Shown here: piece after piece, positions 20,818 through 30,548 of the stretch | Layout: the number at the start of each line of letters is the position of its first letter | Position numbering within the stretch: the first letter of the stretch is position 1 | Source: an uncultured Chloroflexia bacterium | Lineage (GTDB): Bacteria > Chloroflexota > Limnocylindria > Limnocylindrales > CSP1-4 | Direction of reading: 5' to 3' | DNA length: 64,000 bases | Assembly: GCA_963734535.1 (NCBI GenBank) | Contig: CAVTHS010000008.1 | Coordinates: 32,001 to 96,000 of the forward strand | The notes under the pieces: model-generated | The model's database searches: none | What the model was told of the DNA's origin: nothing | Seen by the model: the letters and a program-made list of their open reading frames with translations, nothing else | Made by a program: the position numbers and the translations under genes

Positions 20818-21681
20818 GTGACAATCGAGACCACACCCCCGATCCCGGAGACGGCTTTCGCTCCCCGTTCGATGGCCGACGCTCCCCTCCCCGGTTACGA
20901 GAGCCACTCGTCGATCTCCACGTACCGCGCATGCCCGCTGCGATACGCGTTCCGGTATGTCGAGCGCCGGCCCGGCGAGGTCAGCCCGGGACAGTTCGCC
21001 TTCGGGAGCGCCGTCCACAAGGCCTTCGAGGCGTTCGGGCTCGCCCGGATCCGCGCCCGCGCCGAGGGCACCCCCGAGCCTGGCCCCGAGATCCTCCAGG
21101 CTGCGCTCGACCGCAAGCTCGCCTCGTCCGGCCTGACCGACGCCGAGATCGCGGAGGCCCGCCGGCGGGCAGTCCCGGTCCTCGCCCGCTTCCTCGAGAT
21201 CGAGGCCCGCATGGAGGCCGAGCCGGTCGCGGTCGAGCTCGGGTTCGGGGTCGGTGTCGAGCTGCGCCGGCGAGCGCCGGCGGCTTCCGCTTCGTGGGCT
21301 ACGTCGACCGCGTCGACCGGGCTCCCGACGGCTCGACCCAGATCGTCGACTACAAGACCGGCCGGACCCGCAGCCAGGCCGACGTCGACGCCGACGCGCA
21401 GCTCACCGCCTACGCGTTCGGCTGCGCCCGGGGCGGCCTGCGCGACCCTGCGACCGGCGTCGACCCTCCCGCCGGCGTCGCGGCTCGGGCTCTACTTCGC
21501 CGAGTCGGGTGAGCTCCTCTGGACGGCCCGCACCGAGGAGCAGCTCGCCGCGTTCGAGAGCGGCCTCATCGAGACCGTCGGCCAGATCCACGACCGAGAG
21601 TTCGCTGCCCGGCCCGCGCCGTGGCGCTGCCGCTGGTGCGAGTACCGGCGCGAGTGCCCCGAGGCGAGTCCCGTGGACTGA
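20818..21681 (+). CDS. RecB/AddB/Cas4-like PD-(D/E)XK nuclease with Fe-S cysteines (two compensating frameshifts near 21270 and 21465)
   Basis: SHSSISTYRACPLRY, FGSAVH, GYVDRVD, IVDYKTG, QLTAYA (alternate frame), CRWCEYRRECP. Confidence 0.85.
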   Translation: MTIETTPPIPETAFAPRSMADAPLPGYESHSSISTYRACPLRYAFRYVERRPGEVSPGQFAFGSAVHKAFEAFGLARIRARAEGTPEPGPEILQAALDRKLASSGLTDAEIAEARRRAVPVLARFLEIEARMEAEPVAVELGFGVGVELRRRAPAASASWATSTASTGLPTARPRSSTTRPAGPAARPTSTPTRSSPPTRSAAPGAACATLRPASTLPPASRLGLYFAESGELLWTARTEEQLAAFESGLIETVGQIHDREFAARPAPWRCRWCEYRRECPEASPVD

Positions 21682-21768
21682 CGTTCCAACCCACGTGACA
21701 GCTGGCCGATGGCCAGGTCTGAGGTCCGCTTCGCCCGAGCGACCCTCGTCTGCGACAGGATCACGGAC

Positions 21769-23365
21769 CTACGCGGCCCCGCCGGCCGGAGGCCGAGACG
21801 GTGTGGCACCGTCACGAGCCTCCTGCGGCCATTGGCTGGACTCCAGGGCGCGCGCCCACTGCGAGTAGGTCTGGAAGCGACGGGCCCGAAACTCGACGCC
21901 GGCGGGATCCGGTTCGAGGGTGTGCTGGGTCGGGTTGAGTTGCGCCACGCCGTCTCGGAGGGAGGAGAAATGGCCGGTGGCCGCCCCGGCGACCACGGCA
22001 GCACCGGCGGCGCCGAGCTCCGCGAGCGGTGACACCTCCACGGGACGCGCGGTGACATCCGCGAAGAGCTGGGCCCAGATCCTGCTCCGGCTCGCGCCGC
22101 CGGCCAGGCGCAGCGGGACGACCCGGTCTGTTCCGCGTGACAGACGCTCGACGTGCCGGCGATGCTCGAAGCAGATGCCCTCCACCGTCGCCGCAACAAG
22201 GTCGGTCTCATCGCACCAGGAAGAGAGCCCGACCCAGCCGCCGCGGGCGGTGGGTTCGTCCCGTGCGCCGTCGAGGTACGGCAGGAACATCGGCGTGTCG
22301 ATTCGTGGAGGGCGGCTCGCGACTTGCGCCAGCGCGTACGCGAAGACGTTCTCGCCCACCGCCTCCGCCGCGGCGGCGAGGCCGTGTGTCGCGTTGTGCA
22401 GCACCCATCCGAGCGTCGACGCCGAGGTGGCGGACGCCTCGATCAACATGGCCATCGGCTCGGGGATCGGCCAGGCACGCGGCGTACGGCTCGACGCGGC
22501 CGAGCGGGCCGGCCAGGGTCATCTCGCCCTCCGTCACCAGGAGCTGGTTGATGGACCAGGTGCCGGCACCGACGACGATCCGCGACCCGTCGAGCACGCC
22601 GGCGCCGAGGTGCAGGCCGACATTGTCGACAACGCCCGCGACGACTGGAACGCCCTCCGGCAGGCCGGTCGCCTCGGCAGCCGCCGCGGTGATCACACCG
22701 ACGACGTCGGTGGGCTGCGCGACCTCCGGGAGCAACCCCTCCCACCGGCGGATGCCGTAGGCATCGAGGGCCGCGGCGCTGTACGTCCGGGCGGCGGAGT
22801 CGAAGAGGCCGTTGCAGCTCGCCGTCGTGAGCTCGGCGTGGATCTGCCCGGTCATTCGTGCGCGGAGATAGTCCCCGCACATCAGTGCGGCGCTCGAGCT
22901 CTCGAGCGCCTCGGGCTCGTGCTCGGCGAGCCAGGCGAGGATGGGACCGGGCTGGCCGGGCCAGATCCCGTTCCAGATGGTCGCGCGCAGCTTGTCGGGA
23001 ACGCCGTCGTGCTCCCAGCGGCGAACGATCGCCCTGGCGCGCGTGTCTGATGCCTGGATCGCGGCGTGCGTCGGTGCTCCGGTTGCGTCCACCAGGTACA
23101 GGCCATTCCCGTGCGCCGTCACGCCCACGGCGACGATCCGGTCGGCAGCACTCGGCACCTGGGCGACGACGCGTCGCACGACGCCTGCCGTCGCCTTCCA
23201 CAGCGCCTCCGGGTCGCGCTCGTTGTGGCCGGGAGCGGGATGCGACGCCGGGACGTGGAGACCTTCGACCACCACGAGCCCGCTGTCGAGGTCGAAGGCC
23301 GCGGCCTTGACGTATGAACCCCCGCTGTCGATGCCGATCAGGACGCCGCCGGGCTGGGTGGCCAT
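21769..23365 (-). CDS. FGGY-family carbohydrate kinase (L-xylulokinase-like; frameshift near 22465)
   Basis: IGIDSGGSYVKA, GVTAHGNG, SDTRA, AGTWSIN, PYLDG, LAGGASRS..WAQLFAD, ELGAAGAA. Confidence 0.88.
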
Positions 23366-23521
23366 GCCTCCGCTCAGTCCGCCCCGACGCCGTGGACGAG
23401 CGCGCGAAGCTCGGCGGCCCCCAACGTGATCCCGTCCATAGGGCAGAAGTCTATCCGGCAGTCGGGCTCCAGACCGTCGCCAACGCTGGCTGTGCTCGGG
23501 CTCATCGGGTGCCATTGCGGA

Positions 23522-23560
23522 TGAGCATTGAGCAGATGCTCAAGCTATGAGCAAATGGTT
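23522..23560. promoter_or_regulatory. Putative SorC/DeoR/LsrR-family operator
   Basis: Perfect palindrome TTGAGCA-GA-TGCTCAA (23528-23543) plus further TGAGCA half-sites at 23522 and 23548, in the divergent kinase/ABC promoter region. Confidence 0.7.
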
Positions 23561-23665
23561 GCTCGGTGACGGTGGCGCGAGTAGAGTCGTTCTGCGTCCA
23601 GGGGGAGGTTCGTCTGCTCGTTGGTCGCAGCGCGCGGACGCGAGGCAATCGGGAGCCGCTGTCGC

Positions 23666-25201
23666 GTGGACACCGTCGCAACTGGCAAATCCCCAGTCAT
23701 TGCGCGTCTGCGCGTGTCGGGGATCTCCAAGCACTTCGAGGCCGTGCGTGCGCTCGATGACGTGTCCTTCGACTTCGCACCCGGCGAGATCCACGCGCTC
23801 GTCGGCGAGAACGGTGCCGGTAAGTCGACGCTCGTCGGCGTCATCACTGGCCTCACGGTCCCGGATGCGGGCACCATGGAGATCAACGGAACGGCGGTCC
23901 GCTTCCGGAACCCGATGGAGGCGCGGGCGGGCGGCGTCGCGGCCGTCTACCAGGACCCGAACCTGTTCCCGCACCTGTCTGTCGCGGAGAACATCTTCAC
24001 GGGGCAGTACCCGCGGACCGGCCCGTTCGTGGATCGCAAGGAGATGTCTCGCGCCGCTCGCGCGAAGCTGATCGACCTCGGTTTCGACCTTGACCCGGAC
24101 CAGCTGGTCGCCGGTCTCACCGTGGCGGAGGCGCAGTTCGTCGAGATCGCCCGCGCCGTGGACACCGGGCTCCAGCTCCTGATCCTCGACGAGCCCACCA
24201 GCGCCCTGACGCCCGACGAGTCCGAGAAGCTGTACGCCGTGGTCAAGAATCTCAAGGCGCAGGGCACCACCGTGGTCTGGATCTCGCACCGGATGGAGGA
24301 GGTCCGCTTCCTCGCCGACACGATCACCGTCCTCCGGGATGGGTCGCACGTCCGGACGGCGCCGGCATCCGAGATGGATGACGACACGATGATCAGGCTG
24401 ATGGTCGGGCGCTCCGTGGTCCTCGAGCAGGTTGCCCGCACCGAGCCGCTCGGCGCCGCGCGGCTCGCGGCGCAGCATCTCTCATTGGCGGGCGTCTTCG
24501 AGGACATCAGCCTGGAGGTCGCCGAGGGCGAGATCGTCGGCATCGCGGGCCTCGTGGGCTCCGGCCGCTCCGAGATCGCACAGGCGATCTTCGGCCTCAG
24601 CCCGACGATGACCGGGACCGTCCTCGTCGACGGGGTGCCGGTGGTCCCACGCAGCCCCGCCGCGATGGTGGACCGGGGCGTGGTCTACCTGCCCGAGAAC
24701 CGCGATCTCGAGGGCGTCATCGCCTCGATGACCATCACCTCCAACATCGCGCTGCCCAGCATCCGTCGCCTGAACCGGTTCGGCTTCATGCAGGCGCATC
24801 GCGAGCGCGAGATGGCGACCAGCCAGCGTGCGGCGCTCAGCATCAAGGGGCAGATCGACGATCTGGTGAGCTCTCTCTCCGGCGGAAACCGTCAGAAGGT
24901 GGCCCTCGCGAGGTGGCTGGCGACCAACCCCCGCGTCCTCCTCCTCGACGAGCCGACGCACGGCATCGACGTTGGCACCAAGGCGCAGGTCCACGACATC
25001 ATGCGCGACCTGGCCCGGGCGAAGCGGATGGCCATCCTGATGATCTCGTCGGACCTGCCAGAGGTCCTCGCGGTCTGCGATCGCGTGCTCGTGATCGCCC
25101 GCGGCCGCCTTACCGCCGACATCCCCGCGGCCGAGGCCACCCAGGAGCGGATCCTCGCGGCCGCCACCACGATCTCGGCCGGCAGGGGGTCCGCGGCATG
25201 A
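23666..25201 (+). CDS. Sugar ABC transporter ATP-binding protein (two NBDs, RbsA/LsrA/RhaT type)
   Basis: GENGAGKST, LILDEPT, ISHR, LSGGNRQKV, LLLDEPTHGID. Confidence 0.93.
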   Translation: MDTVATGKSPVIARLRVSGISKHFEAVRALDDVSFDFAPGEIHALVGENGAGKSTLVGVITGLTVPDAGTMEINGTAVRFRNPMEARAGGVAAVYQDPNLFPHLSVAENIFTGQYPRTGPFVDRKEMSRAARAKLIDLGFDLDPDQLVAGLTVAEAQFVEIARAVDTGLQLLILDEPTSALTPDESEKLYAVVKNLKAQGTTVVWISHRMEEVRFLADTITVLRDGSHVRTAPASEMDDDTMIRLMVGRSVVLEQVARTEPLGAARLAAQHLSLAGVFEDISLEVAEGEIVGIAGLVGSGRSEIAQAIFGLSPTMTGTVLVDGVPVVPRSPAAMVDRGVVYLPENRDLEGVIASMTITSNIALPSIRRLNRFGFMQAHREREMATSQRAALSIKGQIDDLVSSLSGGNRQKVALARWLATNPRVLLLDEPTHGIDVGTKAQVHDIMRDLARAKRMAILMISSDLPEVLAVCDRVLVIARGRLTADIPAAEATQERILAAATTISAGRGSAA

Positions 25202-26247
25202 GCGGGACGACGGCGAAGGCTCCCCTCATCCATCGCCTCCGCGAGCGAGCCGGGTTCAGCGGCGGGGCCGCGGCACTCCGAGTCCGGTTCATCGGCGTCA
25301 TCGTGTTCCAGGTGTTGCTTGTGCTCGTGTTCACGGCACTGGCCCCGCGGTTCTTCACATGGGACAACGCGCAGAGCATCCTGTTCACGGCCGCGATCCT
25401 CGCGATTGCCGCGGCGGGCCAGACGCTCGTGGTCCTGACCGGGAACCTCGACCTGTCGGTCGGCTCGATCATGGGCCTGTCCGCGTACGTCGTGTTCGAC
25501 ATCGCGAGCGGCTCGCCGGGACTGCAACCGTTCGTGATCCTGATCGCGATCGTGGTCGGCGTCGTCCTGGGCGCCACGAACGGGTTCCTCGTGGCGGTGC
25601 TGAAGATCCCCTCGATCGTCGCCACGCTGGGCACGCTGTCGATCTATCGCGGCATCGTCTCGTTCTACGCGAACGCCACCGAGGTCACCAGCGGCGAGCT
25701 CCCGCGCTGGATGCGGACCCTCGCGGAGACGAGCTGGCTCGGCCTGTCCTCCTACGTGTGGATCGCGCTGGTGACGATCGTCGTCGTGGGCACGATGCTC
25801 CGCATGCTGCCGTGGGGTCGCCAGATCTATGCGTACGGCTCCAACCCCACGGCCGCCCACTTCTTCGGCCTCAACTCCACGCGGATCGTCATCGGCGCCT
25901 ACGTCGGCGCCGGCGTGATCGCGGCCCTCGTGGGCCTGCTGCTTGGCGCGCGTGTTGGCAACATCAACTCGCTGCTCGCCTCCGGCATCGAGATGTCCGT
26001 CCTCGCCGCGGTGGTCATCGGCGGTGTGAGCATCTGGGGTGGCGCGGGCTCGGTCTACGGCGCCGCGATCGGAGCCATCGTTCTCGCGACGATCAACAAC
26101 GGCCTAGTGATCCTGCAGGTCCAGGAGTTCTACAGGCTCCTGCTCCAGGGCCTGGCCATCGTCGCCGCCGTGGCCGTGGACGCGGTCGTCCAGAGGCGCA
26201 TCCAGAGCGCCACCAAGCGCCGCCGGACCATGGGGGCGGACGCGTGA
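25198..26247 (+). CDS. Sugar ABC transporter permease
   Basis: GNLDLSVGS, IPSIVATLGT, AAVVIGGVSIWGGAG; ATGA overlap. Confidence 0.92.
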   Translation: MSGTTAKAPLIHRLRERAGFSGGAAALRVRFIGVIVFQVLLVLVFTALAPRFFTWDNAQSILFTAAILAIAAAGQTLVVLTGNLDLSVGSIMGLSAYVVFDIASGSPGLQPFVILIAIVVGVVLGATNGFLVAVLKIPSIVATLGTLSIYRGIVSFYANATEVTSGELPRWMRTLAETSWLGLSSYVWIALVTIVVVGTMLRMLPWGRQIYAYGSNPTAAHFFGLNSTRIVIGAYVGAGVIAALVGLLLGARVGNINSLLASGIEMSVLAAVVIGGVSIWGGAGSVYGAAIGAIVLATINNGLVILQVQEFYRLLLQGLAIVAAVAVDAVVQRRIQSATKRRRTMGADA

Positions 26248-27230
26248 CGCGGCTGCGGCACTACTCCTCGGAGCTGCTGCTGGCCGTCCTGATCGTGCTC
26301 GCGGTGATCGCGTCGAGCGCGATGTCCCCGTATTTCCTGGACCCGGCGAACCTCCTCAACGCCGCCCAGTTCTTCGTGATCTTCGCGCTGATGGCGTTCG
26401 GCCTGTTCCCGATCGTGGTCCAGGGCGAGATCGACATCTCGCTCGCGAGCACCCTCGCCATTGGCAGCGTGCTGTTCGCCACCCTCGCGGTCTCGGGCGT
26501 TCCGCTTGTCGCCGCGGTGGCACTCGTGGTCCTCGGGACCGCCCTCCTCGGCGTGGTCAACGGTGTCCTCGTCGGTTACGGCGGCCTGCCGTCGCTTGCG
26601 GTCACGCTGGGCACGCTCGGCGCCTACCGCGGGCTGGCCTACCTTCTCGCGGGCGATGCCGGCGTCGTCGGGATCCCGGAGGAGTACCTCCTCTTCGGCA
26701 CCACCAAGGTGGGCCCGGTGCCCGTCTCGCTGCTCCTCGTGCTCGCCGTCGCGGCCGTGTTCACGGTCCTGATGGGCGCGACGTCCTTCGGCCGCTACAG
26801 CTACGCGATCGGGAGCAGCCCCGCGGCGGCCCGCATGGCCGCCGTGCCCGTCAATCGCGTCCGCGTGCTGGCGTACGCCCTTGGCGGGGCGATGGCGGGG
26901 CTCGCGGGTATCGTCTGGGTGAGCCAGTACCAGTCCGCCCGCGGCGATAACGCGGACGGCGCAATCCTGTTCGTGCTCACCGCCGTCGTCCTGGGCGGCA
27001 TCTCCATCAAGGGCGGCAGCGGCCGCGCGCTCGGGGTGCTGCTCGCGACCATCCTGTTGGGCACGATCCAGACGGGCATGAAGCTCGCGAACGTGCCGGG
27101 GACCAGCCAGACCCTCGTGGTCGGAGCGCTCCTCATCGGCGCGGTGGGCCTCCCGCGTGTCGTCTCCCTGCTCCGCCAGCGCTTCGGCGCGCCTCTTCCG
27201 TCCCGAGCCCAAGGAGGTGGCCAGGCGTAG
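26244..27230 (+). CDS. Sugar ABC transporter permease
   Basis: EIDISLAS, LPSLAVTLGT, AVVLGGISIKGGSG; GTGA overlap. Confidence 0.92.
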   Translation: MTRLRHYSSELLLAVLIVLAVIASSAMSPYFLDPANLLNAAQFFVIFALMAFGLFPIVVQGEIDISLASTLAIGSVLFATLAVSGVPLVAAVALVVLGTALLGVVNGVLVGYGGLPSLAVTLGTLGAYRGLAYLLAGDAGVVGIPEEYLLFGTTKVGPVPVSLLLVLAVAAVFTVLMGATSFGRYSYAIGSSPAAARMAAVPVNRVRVLAYALGGAMAGLAGIVWVSQYQSARGDNADGAILFVLTAVVLGGISIKGGSGRALGVLLATILLGTIQTGMKLANVPGTSQTLVVGALLIGAVGLPRVVSLLRQRFGAPLPSRAQGGGQA

Positions 27231-27334
27231 GTTCCAAGCGATCGAGTCCCGCTGCGTCTCGCGCCAACACCCCCGATGCCGATGCGGCCGGGGGACCGGC
27301 AACCGTCGGCAACTCTCGAGAGGAGACCATCAAC

Positions 27335-28402
27335 GTGAAAACAACTCGCGGCCTTGCCGCGCTCCTGGGGACAGCCGTGATCCTGTCCGCCTGTGGCTCG
27401 TCTGCCACGCCCGCCGCCAGCCAGGCTCCGGCCGCGTCTGCCGGCGCTTCCGCTGCCGCCTCGGCGTCGGCCGCGGCGTCTGGCATGAAGATCTTCATGG
27501 TTCCGAAGTTCACGGGCCTCGCCTACTTCGAGGTCGCCCGCGTCGGCGGCGAAAAGGCGGGCAAGGAGCTCGGGATCGACTTCCAGTACATCGGCTCGGA
27601 CAAGGCCGAGGCCACGGAAGAGATCGCCACGCTGACCAACGCGATCCCGCAGAAGCCGGCCGCGCTCGTCGTGAGCGCGATCGACGGCGACGCCGTTGCC
27701 CCGGCCCTCAAGCAGGCCCGCGCGGCCGGCATCAAGGTCGTGACGTACGACGCCGACGCCGCGGTCGACGCGCGTGACCTGTTCGTCAACCAGCTCTCCT
27801 ACGAGCTTGCCGCGAAGTCGATGCTCGACGCCGCGCTGCTCAACTCGCCCGAAGGCGGTCTCGTCGCGTTCATCTCCGCGTCGCCGACGGCGCCGAACCA
27901 CACGGCGCACGTCAAGTTCATGAAGCAGTTCATCGACACGGACCCGGCGTACTCCAAGCTCAAGTACGTGGATACCGTGCAGTTCGCGGGCGACGACGCG
28001 GCCAAGAGCCAGGAGATTGCCCTCAACCTGATGCAGGCCAACCCGGACCTGAAGGTCATCATCTCGTCGTCCGCCGTGTCCGCGCCCGCGGCCGAGCAGG
28101 CGATCATCAACGCCGGCAAGGGCGGCAAGGTCTTCGCCACGGGCGTCGCGCTGCCGAGCTCCGTCAAGGACTTCCTCAAGTCCGGGAATTCGAAGGCGTT
28201 CATGATCTGGGACCCGGCCGAGCTCGGCTACATCGCCACGATCGCGGCCTATCAGCTCGCCACGGGCAAGATCACCTCCGCTGAAGGCACCGTGATCGAC
28301 GCCGGCGCTGCCGGGAAGTACACGGTGCTCAAGGACGGCGAGGTCCAGTACAACAAGCCGCTCCTCCTCACGCCCGAGAACATCGACCAGTACAACTTCT
28401 AG
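27335..28402 (+). CDS. Sugar ABC substrate-binding lipoprotein (RhaS/LsrB-like)
   Basis: Lipobox LSAC, VPK...YF, VVTYDAD, DLFVNQ, WDPAELG, ENIDQYNF; AGGAG RBS. Confidence 0.9.
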   Translation: MKTTRGLAALLGTAVILSACGSSATPAASQAPAASAGASAAASASAAASGMKIFMVPKFTGLAYFEVARVGGEKAGKELGIDFQYIGSDKAEATEEIATLTNAIPQKPAALVVSAIDGDAVAPALKQARAAGIKVVTYDADAAVDARDLFVNQLSYELAAKSMLDAALLNSPEGGLVAFISASPTAPNHTAHVKFMKQFIDTDPAYSKLKYVDTVQFAGDDAAKSQEIALNLMQANPDLKVIISSSAVSAPAAEQAIINAGKGGKVFATGVALPSSVKDFLKSGNSKAFMIWDPAELGYIATIAAYQLATGKITSAEGTVIDAGAAGKYTVLKDGEVQYNKPLLLTPENIDQYNF

Positions 28403-28413
28403 CTCCTCCTCCT

Positions 28414-28444
28414 GGCTCCCGGGCGGCTCCGCCGCCCGGGAGCC
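28414..28444 (+). terminator. Strong hairpin after the SBP gene (terminator or mRNA stabiliser)
   Basis: 14-bp perfect stem GGCTCCCGGGCGGC-TCC-GCCGCCCGGGAGCC; no U-tract. Confidence 0.65.
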
Positions 28445-28504
28445 GTCCTACCCTGATCACCACCCAGCCTCATGCAGCCCCTGCGGAGCTAGGAATTGGG
28501 CTCG

Positions 28505-29470
28505 ATGACCGACATCACGCGGTCCCACCCGGCGCGCCCTGACGCCGACCGTCACGGCATCGTGGTCCGAGCGGCGTGGCTCTACTACAAGGACGCGCTG
28601 ACCCAGGCGGAGATCGCCGATCGGCTCTTTGTCTCGCGGGCGACGGTTGGACGTCTGCTCGAGGAGGCTCGCGCGGAGGGGATCGTCCGGATCGAGATCA
28701 GCGCCGACCACCTCGCGGCCTTCCAGCTCAGCGAGGACCTCCGAGCCCAGTACGGACTGGCCGACGCGGTCGTCGTCCCGCGGATCAGCGGCGACGCCAC
28801 CCGCGAGCGCGCCAACGGGCGTGTGGCGAGCGCGGCCGCCGAGTATGTCAAGCGCTTCCTGCGCCCCGGCGCCGTCATCGGCATCGCCTGGGGTGACACC
28901 GTGGCGCGGGTCCTGTTCGCGCTGAGCCGGGACTCGCTCGAAGGGGTGACGTTCGTCGCGATCGCGGGAGGGATCGACACCTACACCCGTGACGTGTACG
29001 CGCGCAACACGAACGGCGTCAACGAGCATCTCCGCATCATCCCGGCGCCGCTGCTGGCCTCTTCGCCCAAGATCGCCGCCGCATTGCGCCAGGACGAATC
29101 CGTGACGAGCGCGGTCCGGCTCGCCGAGACCGCGGTGGCGACGCTGACCGGCATCGGATCGAGCGGGCCGAATGCCAGCGCGGTCAGGTCCGGCCTGATC
29201 ACCGAAGACCAGGCGCACGCGTTCCGCACCCTGGGCGTCGTCGGCGACATGGTCGGGGAATGGTTCGACGGGCAGGGCCGGCTTGTCCGCAAGGCCACCT
29301 CCGACCGGAAGATCGGCATGGGTATCGAGCATCTCCGGCAGCTGCCGAGCGTCATCGGCGTGGCCAGCGGCGTCGAGAAGGTCGAGGCCATTCGGGGCGC
29401 CATCAGCGGCGGCTACCTGCGCGTGTTGATCACCGACGAGAGCACGGCCGAGGCGCTCCTGGCACGCTGA
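28505..29470 (+). CDS. SorC/DeoR/LsrR-family sugar-binding transcriptional regulator
   Basis: AAWLYYKDALTQAEIADRL.VSR HTH, GIAWGDT, TGIG, VGD, KVEAIRGAI, LITDE. Confidence 0.92.
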   Translation: MTDITRSHPARPDADRHGIVVRAAWLYYKDALTQAEIADRLFVSRATVGRLLEEARAEGIVRIEISADHLAAFQLSEDLRAQYGLADAVVVPRISGDATRERANGRVASAAAEYVKRFLRPGAVIGIAWGDTVARVLFALSRDSLEGVTFVAIAGGIDTYTRDVYARNTNGVNEHLRIIPAPLLASSPKIAAALRQDESVTSAVRLAETAVATLTGIGSSGPNASAVRSGLITEDQAHAFRTLGVVGDMVGEWFDGQGRLVRKATSDRKIGMGIEHLRQLPSVIGVASGVEKVEAIRGAISGGYLRVLITDESTAEALLAR

Positions 29471-29611
29471 ATGCAGGACGGACCCCGGCAGCGGCGGACG
29501 AGTGGCAGCCGCATCGACATGTGGGGGATCGCGCCCGCGCGAACCTCACCCAGACCTTGATCGCCCGCCAACGCTGCGGGATCGCACACACCCGGAGGCG
29601 ACGACATCACC

Positions 29612-30439
29612 ATGCAGCACACTACGGCTGGCGCGGTCCGACGTCTCGGCAATGTCTTCGACGAGACCGGCCACTCTGTCGTGGTCGCGATGGACCACGG
29701 CTTCATGGGCCGTCCCCTGGGGTTCGAGGACCCTCGAGCCTTGATCAAGGCAGTTGTCGGCGCGAACCCCGATGGCCTGATCCTCACTGCCGGGATGACC
29801 CGGCACGCCGCCGACCTCCTCACCGGGCGGAACGCACCGGGGATCGTCCTGGCGATGGACCAGCTCATCCATGAGAAGGAGAACAGCACGGGCTTCACCG
29901 AGGCCCACCGGCCGCTGGTCTCGGTGGATGAGGCACTGTGCCTGGGCGTGGATGTCGCGAAGATGATGCTCGTCATGGGCCTCGAGAGCCGGGTGGCACA
30001 GGCGGAGAACATCGCCTACCTCGCCTCGATGGCGGAGCAATGCCGCCGTTACGAGATCCCCGTCATGATCGAGCCCTACCTCCACGGCCCCAAGGTTCCG
30101 ACCGATCCCGAGGCCAGGGCGGCGTGCCTCGCCGACGGTGCCCGCATCGCGCTCGAGGTTGGCGCCGACATCCTCAAGCTCGAGTACACCGGCGACAAGG
30201 AGTCGTTCCGACGGATCGTCGACGCGTCGCCGGTGCCCGTGTTCGTCCTGGGCGGGCCCAAGCGCCCGACCCGGCGCGAGACCCTGGCCGCTGTCGTCGA
30301 CGCGTCCGAGTGCGGAGCGGTGGGCCTCACCATCGGCCGCAACGTGTGGCAGCATCCCGACCCCGTCCGGATGACGGCCGCCCTGCGCATCGCGCTCGTG
30401 GAGCGCGACCTCGAGCGGGCCCTGGCCGTGTTCGAATGA
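29612..30439 (+). CDS. Class I aldolase, DhnA/LsrF/DeoC-like
   Basis: AMDHG, GADILK Schiff-base lysine region, PVFVLGGPK, IGRNVWQ. Confidence 0.9.
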   Translation: MQHTTAGAVRRLGNVFDETGHSVVVAMDHGFMGRPLGFEDPRALIKAVVGANPDGLILTAGMTRHAADLLTGRNAPGIVLAMDQLIHEKENSTGFTEAHRPLVSVDEALCLGVDVAKMMLVMGLESRVAQAENIAYLASMAEQCRRYEIPVMIEPYLHGPKVPTDPEARAACLADGARIALEVGADILKLEYTGDKESFRRIVDASPVPVFVLGGPKRPTRRETLAAVVDASECGAVGLTIGRNVWQHPDPVRMTAALRIALVERDLERALAVFE

Positions 30440-30498
30440 GTGGGCCAGGAGCCGGGACCATGCGGGCGTGCGTCCTGCACTGGACCGGCCAGGAGTAG
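30436..30498 (+). pseudogene. Stub of an MDR/Zn-dehydrogenase N-terminus (MSGPGAGTMRACVLHWTGQE*)
   Basis: ATGA overlap with the aldolase stop; MRACVLH is a typical MDR start; early stop. Confidence 0.45.
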
Positions 30499-30548
30499 GC
30501 GGCCGTCGCCGCGTCCCGACGCCGGTGCCGCGAGCCCGCGCACGTCGA

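Noticed and set aside
20818-21681. cas4 of a CRISPR-Cas locus
   Set aside because: No other cas genes or array nearby; the motifs fit stand-alone RecB-family nucleases equally well.
23666-30439. Assigning lsrACDBRF gene symbols (AI-2 uptake)
   Set aside because: The SBP lacks the LsrB DQ residues and no lsrG is present; substrate unknown.
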